DNA of 5,876 nucleotides from the IMG/VR virus record IMGVR_UViG_3300045988_000143, positions 1-5,876 of that record; one strand, written 5' to 3'. The position numbers and the translations under genes are program-made. Every line of letters starts with the position of its first letter. Within the stretch, counting starts at the first letter, position 1. The notes beneath the pieces were generated by a model. The model saw only the letters and a program-made list of their open reading frames with translations, ran no database searches and was not told the DNA's origin. The stretch is from a virus. Below, one piece after another: positions 1 through 4,513 of this stretch.

Positions 1-1005
1 GTTCCACTAAATGGGAACGCAGCTGTAAGCCTCTTCAGTAACCAAAGCTTAACCAGCAAACTAGGAACAGAAGACGAAATCTTTCTGAACAGTACCGCAA
101 CCGGGACCAACAGCGCAGAACCAAAAATCGGAAACTATCCAACATACTACAACGAAGGCCACCCGGCACTAGTAGTCGGAGCAACAACGGGCAAAGGAAC
201 AGAAAGAAGGGATGGATACTTAGGAGCAGACCTAAGCAGTATAACCGCAACAACAATCAACGACTTGAGAAAAGCCGTAGCAGTACAGCAGTACTACGAA
301 GCACTTGCAAGAGGTGGCAGCCGTTACCGTGAACAGGTAAAGGCACTGTGGAACGTGGTTATCAGTGATAAAACCGTACAGGTGCCGGAATACCTTGGCG
401 GTGGTAGATACCATGTAAACATTAACCAGATCGTGCAAACCAGCGGACAGCAGACCAACAATGACACGCCAATTGGTGAAACCGGTGCAATGTCAGTAAC
501 ACCAATCAACGAAAGCAGCTTCACAAAATCTTTCGAGGAACACGGATTCGTAATCGGAGTGTGTTGTGTACGACACAATCGCAGTTATCAGCAAGGCTTG
601 GAACGTTTCTGGAGTCGAAATGACAGACTTGACTACTATGTGCCACAGTTCGCAAACTTAGGTGAGCAGCCGGTAAAGAAAAAAGAAATCATGTTAACCG
701 GCGATGCAAGCGATGAAGAAACCTTCGGATATCAGGAAGCTTGGGCAGACTATCGTATGAAGCCTAACCGGGTGTCCGGTAAAATGCGAAGCAACGCAAC
801 CGGAACACTGGACTTCTGGCATTATGCTGACAGCTATGAAACCGTACCAACGCTGTCGCAAGAATGGATGGCAGAAGGAAAAACAGAAATCGCAAGGACG
901 TTGATAGTCCAAGATGAGCCCCAATTTTTCGGAGCAATCCGTGTAGCAAACAAAACCACAAGACGGATGCCACTGTACAGCGTGCCGGGCTTGTACAAAC
1001 TATAA
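1..1005 (+). CDS. VP1: Major capsid protein VP1, C-terminal part (334 codons plus stop); continues from 5141..5821 across the circular junction
   Basis: Frame 1 is open from base 1 to TAA 1003-1005. The translation ...TINDLRKAVAVQQYYEALARGGSRYREQVKALWNVVISDKTVQVPEYLGGG...FEEHGFVIGV... carries conserved core blocks of microvirus capsid proteins. Base 1 equals 5822, which is in frame with ATG 5141. The track ORF 265..1005 is only the TTG-truncated tail of this gene. Confidence 0.93.
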   Translation, partial: VPLNGNAAVSLFSNQSLTSKLGTEDEIFLNSTATGTNSAEPKIGNYPTYYNEGHPALVVGATTGKGTERRDGYLGADLSSITATTINDLRKAVAVQQYYEALARGGSRYREQVKALWNVVISDKTVQVPEYLGGGRYHVNINQIVQTSGQQTNNDTPIGETGAMSVTPINESSFTKSFEEHGFVIGVCCVRHNRSYQQGLERFWSRNDRLDYYVPQFANLGEQPVKKKEIMLTGDASDEETFGYQEAWADYRMKPNRVSGKMRSNATGTLDFWHYADSYETVPTLSQEWMAEGKTEIARTLIVQDEPQFFGAIRVANKTTRRMPLYSVPGLYKL

Positions 1006-1016
1006 GAAAGGAGGAA

Positions 1017-1041
1017 GCCCGGAGAAATCCGGGCAATTTTT
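1017..1041 (+). terminator. GC hairpin plus T-run directly after VP1 (candidate leaky intrinsic terminator/attenuator)
   Basis: GCCCGG (1017-1022), loop AGAAAT, CCGGGC (1029-1034), then AATTTTT (1035-1041). It lies between the VP1 stop (1005) and the VP2 ATG (1044). Confidence 0.5.
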
Positions 1042-1043
1042 AA

Positions 1044-1880
1044 ATGAGTATATTATCAGGACTGTTAACAGGACTAAACGTAGCGGGAAACGTAGCGAAT
1101 ACAGTTGGAACAATTGCCGGCGCGGCAAAAGACATTGCCGGAATATTCGGCGGATGGGGTCAAACCGGCAACAGCCAAAGTAGCGGCGGCAGTACAAGCG
1201 AAGGCGGCGGTCATTCAGAAAGTGGAAGTCACTCGGGCACAAACGTACAACAAGTAAACGACTGGCTAAAACAGGCATACGCATACCAAGGGCAAGAAGC
1301 TGCCATGCAAGGTAAATACAACAGTCAAAGCATGCTTAAACAGATGGGTTACAACACCTTACAAGCAATCATGCAAGGAGTATACAACCACATTGAAAAC
1401 AGTGTAGCAATGAACTACAACAGCGCAGAAGCACTAGCAAACCGGGAATGGCAAGAGCACATGAGCAATACAGCATATCAACGAGCCGTTGAAGATATGA
1501 AAAAAGCGGGACTTAACCCAATTTTAGCATTTGCAAACGGTGGAGCAAGCACACCGGGCGGCAGTGCAGGAACAATCAGCGGCGCAAGCATGGGACTGGC
1601 AAGCAGTAGCGCACTAGGAGTAAGTAGAAGCGGCGGCTTCGTACCGAACGCATACGAAAGCAATAGCTGGAGTAAAAGCGACTGGTACAACGCATCGCAA
1701 AGTTGGCAACAGATGCTCAGTAGTACGCAAATGACACCTTACGGATTAGCGAAGGTTTTAACAAACATCGGAAACGATACCGGAAAAGCAATAGAAAAAG
1801 CAACAAAGACAAAAAGCAAAACGCACAAGAGCAAAAGCGGAGTAGAACATGGCGGCGGTGGAGGTGATATCAAAAAGTGA
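1044..1880 (+). CDS. VP2: Minor capsid / DNA pilot protein VP2
   Basis: 278 aa. It has a hydrophobic Gly/Ala-rich N-terminus (MSILSGLLTGLNVAGNVANTVGTIAGAAKDIAGIFGG), a G/S-rich linker, and the block EWQEHMSNTAYQRAVEDMKKAGLNPILAF typical of gokushovirus VP2. It sits immediately downstream of VP1. The in-frame stop at 1041-1043 fixes ATG 1044 as the first start. Confidence 0.85.
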   Translation: MSILSGLLTGLNVAGNVANTVGTIAGAAKDIAGIFGGWGQTGNSQSSGGSTSEGGGHSESGSHSGTNVQQVNDWLKQAYAYQGQEAAMQGKYNSQSMLKQMGYNTLQAIMQGVYNHIENSVAMNYNSAEALANREWQEHMSNTAYQRAVEDMKKAGLNPILAFANGGASTPGGSAGTISGASMGLASSSALGVSRSGGFVPNAYESNSWSKSDWYNASQSWQQMLSSTQMTPYGLAKVLTNIGNDTGKAIEKATKTKSKTHKSKSGVEHGGGGGDIKK

Positions 1881-2896
1881 GTTGCTACAAGCCATTAATA
1901 AGGCTGTACAACCCTAACGACAAAGACATTAGCGGGAGGGTGTATTCACTCTCCCGCTATTCTCAGTTAGCGGGAAAACAACTAAAGTATGAAGATTTGA
2001 TGTTTAGAAAAGATGTCATGCTAATACCATGCGGACAGTGCATCGGATGCAGAATCAGACAAAGAGAGGACTGGACAACACGAATAGAATTAGAAGCACG
2101 AGACTATCCAAAAGAAGAAGTTTGGTTTATCACATTAACCTATGACGATGAACACGTGCCGGGCATGATAGTAAACACAGGCGAAATCATGCGAAAAGTA
2201 CAATACGTCTGGAAGCCGGGAGAGAAGCGCCCTGAAAGCGTCCAAACTTTGCTATATACTGACGTTCAAAAGTTCTTAAAACGCCTCAGGAAGGCTTACA
2301 GGGGCAAATTACGCTATTTTGTGGCGGGAGAATACGGAGAGCAGACAGCTAGGCCACATTTCCATATGATTCTATATGGATGGAGACCAACAGACCTAGA
2401 ACACCTATATAAGATACAACACAACGGATACTTTACAAGTAAATGGCTAGCAAACCTATGGGGCATGGGTCAAATACAGATAGCACAAGCAGTACCAGAG
2501 GCATATAGATATGTTGCGGGATACGTCACGAAAAAGATGTACGAAATTAACGGCCAGAAATCAAACGCATACTACGAACTAGGACAACAAAAACCTTTTG
2601 CATGTATGAGCCTCAAGCCGGGCTTGGGAGATCACTATTACCAAGAACACAAAGAAGAAATCTGGAAACAAGGCTACATCCAATGCACAAACGGCAAACG
2701 CGCAAAAATTCCGCGCTATTATGAAAAAATGATGGAAGCTGAAAACCCACAAAGATTGTGGAGAATTAAACAGAACAGACAAGCAGCAGCCATAGCAGAG
2801 AACCGGCTTAAATACGAAAATGCAGACTTTGCAGAGCAATGTAAGACAAAAGAAAGAGTGATAAAGAAGCAAATGAAGAAGAGGGGGACGCTTTAA
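1877..2896 (+). CDS. VP4: Replication initiation protein VP4 (HUH rolling-circle endonuclease, phiX174 A-like)
   Basis: 339 aa. Motifs seen are the Cys cluster CGQCIGCR, motif 1 FITLTYDD, the HUH motif RPHFHMILYG (HFH at 2357-2365), and YRYVAGYVTKK with two Tyr three residues apart (2510-2512, 2522-2524), as in phiX174 A. The GTG start at 1877 overlaps the VP2 stop (GTGA), with GGAGG at 1860-1864. The N-terminus MSCYKPL resembles the M-x-C-x-x-P start of other VP4 proteins. Confidence 0.9.
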   Translation: MSCYKPLIRLYNPNDKDISGRVYSLSRYSQLAGKQLKYEDLMFRKDVMLIPCGQCIGCRIRQREDWTTRIELEARDYPKEEVWFITLTYDDEHVPGMIVNTGEIMRKVQYVWKPGEKRPESVQTLLYTDVQKFLKRLRKAYRGKLRYFVAGEYGEQTARPHFHMILYGWRPTDLEHLYKIQHNGYFTSKWLANLWGMGQIQIAQAVPEAYRYVAGYVTKKMYEINGQKSNAYYELGQQKPFACMSLKPGLGDHYYQEHKEEIWKQGYIQCTNGKRAKIPRYYEKMMEAENPQRLWRIKQNRQAAAIAENRLKYENADFAEQCKTKERVIKKQMKKRGTL

Positions 2897-2907
2897 AGGT
2901 GTCACCT

Positions 2908-2943
2908 AGCCAAGTACCTATCAAGTAAGGTACTTGGCTTTTG
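2908..2943 (+). terminator. Rho-independent terminator after VP4
   Basis: Perfect 12-bp stem AGCCAAGTACCT (2908-2919) / AGGTACTTGGCT (2928-2939) with an 8-nt loop ATCAAGTA. It runs into TTTT (2939-2942), 12 nt after the VP4 stop. Confidence 0.7.
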
Positions 2944-2980
2944 TCGTCTAAAGACTCCATGTATCAGACTATTCAGTCTA

Positions 2981-2998
2981 TCAAATAATCAAATAATC
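2981..2998. repeat. Tandem 8-mer TCAAATAA x2 (plus partial TC)
   Basis: TCAAATAA at 2981-2988 and 2989-2996, read directly from the sequence. Confidence 0.8.
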
Positions 2999-3003
2999 TA
3001 ATT

Positions 3004-3050
3004 CGCACGTGCGCACACGCGCGATAGCGCGCACGCGCGCACGCGCGATA
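3004..3050. repeat. Two 20-nt perfectly alternating pyrimidine-purine GC-rich blocks, each ending CACGCGCGATA (imperfect 24-nt tandem repeat)
   Basis: 3004-3023 CGCACGTGCGCACACGCGCG and 3028-3047 CGCGCACGCGCGCACGCGCG alternate Y-R without interruption. They are separated by ATAG and followed by ATATAATATTAAC. The two 23-nt units match at 19/23 positions. CACGCGCGATA is exact at 3016-3026 and 3040-3050. Confidence 0.9.
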
Positions 3051-3094
3051 TAATATTAACTTGTTGTAGGAGTAGTAGTAGAGGTAGTGGAAAA

Positions 3095-3261
3095 GTTGAA
3101 AAGTACTAAAATTTAACGCTAAAGCGTAAATAAAAAGAAAAAAACACTGTTGAAAGTTTTGTTGAAAACTTGTTGAATTGTTGAAAGTTCGTCAAAATGA
3201 CTAAAATCGTTGTGCAACATTTTGTGGAAAACCTGTTGAAAGTGTTGAAAGTGTTGAAAAC
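3095..3261 (+). repeat. Iteron-like array: 8 exact same-orientation GTTGAA(A) copies plus degenerate copies
   Basis: GTTGAA starts at 3095, 3149, 3161, 3172, 3180, 3235, 3244 and 3253. Positions 3234-3260 form three head-to-tail 9-mers TGTTGAAA(G/A). Degenerate copies are GTCAAAA at 3191 and GTGGAAAAC at 3224. Confidence 0.85.
3117..3126. repeat. CGCTAAAGCG mini-palindrome, copy 1 (upstream flank of the main iteron clusters)
   Basis: The exact 10-mer is repeated at 3322-3331. ACGCT/AGCGT are self-complementary arms. Confidence 0.7.
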
Positions 3262-3321
3262 GCGCACAGCGCTAACAATGAAAGAATTAGCCGAGCTCCG
3301 CGTGCGCTCCGCACGGCAGAG

Positions 3322-3331
3322 CGCTAAAGCG
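3322..3331. repeat. CGCTAAAGCG mini-palindrome, copy 2 (downstream flank of the iteron array)
   Basis: Embedded in AGCGCTAAAGCGCT (3320-3333). It is identical to the 10-mer at 3117-3126. Confidence 0.7.
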
Positions 3332-3357
3332 CTTTCAAAACAAAGGAGCAAAACCAG

Positions 3358-3388
3358 GTTACAAGAGAAAGTTACAAATATATTACAA
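3358..3388 (+). promoter_or_regulatory. Three direct (G/A)TTACAA repeats upstream of the promoter (possible operator or UP-like element)
   Basis: GTTACAA at 3358-3364, GTTACAA at 3371-3377 and ATTACAA at 3382-3388, with 13- and 11-nt spacing. They end 14 nt upstream of the -35 hexamer. Confidence 0.4.
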
Positions 3389-3401
3389 AACAGCAAAATC
3401 A

Positions 3402-3430
3402 TTGAAATCCCTATTGACATATGATATAAT
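3402..3430 (+). promoter_or_regulatory. Near-consensus sigma70-type promoter with extended -10
   Basis: TTGAAA (3402-3407), a 17-nt spacer, then TGaTATAAT (TG at 3422-3423, TATAAT at 3425-3430). It lies about 29 nt upstream of ATG 3459, at the 3' end of the long non-coding region. Confidence 0.75.
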
Positions 3431-3458
3431 GAAATCAGAAAAAAAGGGGGCAATTAAA

Positions 3459-3650
3459 ATGAAACACAACTACGAACTTAGAGAATTAAACAGCGATGCA
3501 ACCACAACAATCGTGCTAAGAATGACAGAAGAGCCAAGGGACGCGAAAAAGCGTGCAAAGGCATATGCAAAAGAAAACCCGGGATTGTATTCACTAAAAA
3601 GAATCGAAACGGTTGAGGTATACTTCACGGAGGTTGACGAAAATGCTTAA
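3459..3650 (+). CDS. Hypothetical protein, 63 aa (first gene after the promoter)
   Basis: ATG 3459 is preceded by AAGGGGG (3444-3450, 8-nt spacing). The track ORF 3402..3650 starts at a TTG that is actually the -35 hexamer. I recognise no family for MKHNYELRELNSDATTTIVLRMTEEPRDAKKRAKAYAKENPGLYSLKRIETVEVYFTEVDENA. Confidence 0.6.
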   Translation: MKHNYELRELNSDATTTIVLRMTEEPRDAKKRAKAYAKENPGLYSLKRIETVEVYFTEVDENA

Positions 3651-4035
3651 AAGCTATATACTGAACACAGATGGAAATGTACAACTTGCAAGACACTTCA
3701 AAGTAAAAGAATTTGCTTGCAAAGACGGCAGTCCGGTAGTATTCATAGACGACTACTTATACACCGTTCTAGACATCCTCCGACATAAACTAGGAAAGCC
3801 GGTGATCATCACCAGCGGATACAGAACACCAGAGTGGAACAAAAAATGCAACGGAGCAAAATACAGCTACCACATGCGCGGTATGGCAGCAGATATCCGA
3901 GTCGATGGCATGAGTGCAAAAGAAGTTGCCAACAAACTAAATGAAATCATACCGGATGAATGCGGCATTATCGTATATAACAGTTGGGTGCATTTTGATG
4001 TGCGAACCGGGAAAAAATACAGAAAGGGGGTATAA
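3643..4035 (+). CDS. Zinc D-Ala-D-Ala-carboxypeptidase-like peptidase, M15 family (candidate endolysin), 130 aa
   Basis: ATG 3643 has GGAGG at 3629-3633 (9-nt spacing). Family hallmarks are FKVKEFACKDG, ITSGYRTPEWN and SYHMRGMAADI (an H-x6-D zinc ligand pair, H77/D84), with the third ligand in WVHFDV (H117). I see no signal peptide or TM segment. Confidence 0.8.
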   Translation: MLKSYILNTDGNVQLARHFKVKEFACKDGSPVVFIDDYLYTVLDILRHKLGKPVIITSGYRTPEWNKKCNGAKYSYHMRGMAADIRVDGMSAKEVANKLNEIIPDECGIIVYNSWVHFDVRTGKKYRKGV

Positions 4036-4036
4036 A

Positions 4037-4159
4037 ATGGCACTGATTTCCATTAAAGACGTCAAACAGGCAATCCACATTATGATGGAAATCCTCGAAA
4101 AGCTCGATGAGATCTATCATGCACTGCACGACGAAATCGTCGAAAACGAAAAGGAGTAA
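4037..4159 (+). CDS. Hypothetical small acidic helical protein, 40 aa
   Basis: ATG 4037 has AAGGGGG at 4024-4030 (6-nt spacing), 1 nt after the peptidase stop. Sequence: MALISIKDVKQAIHIMMEILEKLDEIYHALHDEIVENEKE. The longer track ORF from ATG 3941 has no SD and lies inside the peptidase gene. Confidence 0.5.
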   Translation: MALISIKDVKQAIHIMMEILEKLDEIYHALHDEIVENEKE

Positions 4160-4163
4160 GCAA

Positions 4164-4391
4164 ATGACAAGAACAACATGGAATGCAAGAGACACCCCCA
4201 CAGACGCACTAGAAGAACTGCTCGCACGAAAATACAAAGAAATTGAAGGCAATTACAAAATGCTACGCAAAGTCGGAAAAAAAGAAGACGCAATAAAGTT
4301 AATTGAAGAAATTTGGCAAATAAAAAGCTTTGCAAACAGCATTGAAGTAGAGCTGATGAGAAGGGAGTACAACAATGGCACGACATCGTAA
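4164..4391 (+). CDS. Hypothetical protein, 75 aa
   Basis: ATG 4164 has AAGGAG at 4151-4156 (7-nt spacing). Sequence: MTRTTWNARDTPTDALEELLARKYKEIEGNYKMLRKVGKKEDAIKLIEEIWQIKSFANSIEVELMRREYNNGTTS. I recognise no family. Confidence 0.6.
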   Translation: MTRTTWNARDTPTDALEELLARKYKEIEGNYKMLRKVGKKEDAIKLIEEIWQIKSFANSIEVELMRREYNNGTTS

Positions 4392-4497
4392 ACTCATGAG
4401 CGGCGCAAAAGACCGCCGTATGTTTAACGTAACAGCAAGAAAAACGAAAAGCATTAACCTTAGCCAGAAGCCCATGCGCGGCGGCATCCGGCTGTAA
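4375..4497 (+). CDS. Small arginine/lysine-rich DNA-binding (packaging) protein, phiX174 J / gokushovirus ORF8-like, 40 aa
   Basis: Not in the supplied ORF track; found by reading. ATG 4375 has AAGGGAG at 4361-4367 (7-nt spacing). Translation: MARHRKLMSGAKDRRMFNVTARKTKSINLSQKPMRGGIRL. The basic N-terminus, the R-x-F-x-x-TA core and the C-terminal MRGGIRL match my recollection of the small basic proteins of gokushovirus-like genomes. Confidence 0.7.
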   Translation: MARHRKLMSGAKDRRMFNVTARKTKSINLSQKPMRGGIRL

Positions 4498-4513
4498 AAG
4501 AAAGGAAAAGACA

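Noticed and set aside
1-55. The terminal direct repeat considered as a biological DTR, LTR or transposon end.
   Set aside because: It lies inside the VP1 coding frame, which reads through the junction perfectly. A circular-assembly overlap is the simpler explanation.
3049-3054. TATAAT hexamer right after the GC blocks, considered as a second promoter.
   Set aside because: The sequence 17 nt upstream (AGCGCG) bears no resemblance to a -35. It is more plausibly part of the AT-rich origin-like segment.
3038-3066. A dif-like XerC/XerD site (GCGC...ATAA / TTAT...) that could indicate integration, as reported for some enterobacterial gokushovirus prophages.
   Set aside because: By eye the alignment to the E. 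coli dif sequence (as I recall it) is poor beyond the GCGC and AT-rich character, and I also saw no match to the Bacillus-type dif as I recall it. It is worth a formal dif-profile search, but I cannot support it.
3095-3261. The repeat array considered as a CRISPR array or as a coding tandem repeat.
   Set aside because: The units are only 6-9 nt, with no 25-40 nt repeat/spacer periodicity, and there are no cas genes.
3197-3424. A + strand 75-aa ORF (MTKIVVQHFVENLLKVLKVLKTRTALTMKELAELRVRSARQSAKALSKQRSK...) inside the long intergenic region.
   Set aside because: No SD precedes ATG 3197 or the internal ATG 3278, whereas every other gene has a recognisable SD upstream. Its LLKVLKVLK segment is simply the translation of the tandem TGTTGAAAG repeats. 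Its 3' end overlaps the -35 and spacer of the promoter, and it lies upstream of the only strong promoter. A small basic DNA-binding protein cannot be fully excluded, so homologue or Ka/Ks analysis would settle it.
3414-3430. Consensus TTGACA (3414-3419) read as the -35 for TATAAT (3425-3430).
   Set aside because: The spacer would be only 5 nt. The functional partner at 17 nt is TTGAAA at 3402-3407.
3634-3662. Promoter-like TTGACG-N17-TATACT inside the ORF63/peptidase overlap.
   Set aside because: It would start transcription downstream of the peptidase ATG (3643), so it would express nothing obvious. It is probably a chance match in A/T-rich coding sequence.
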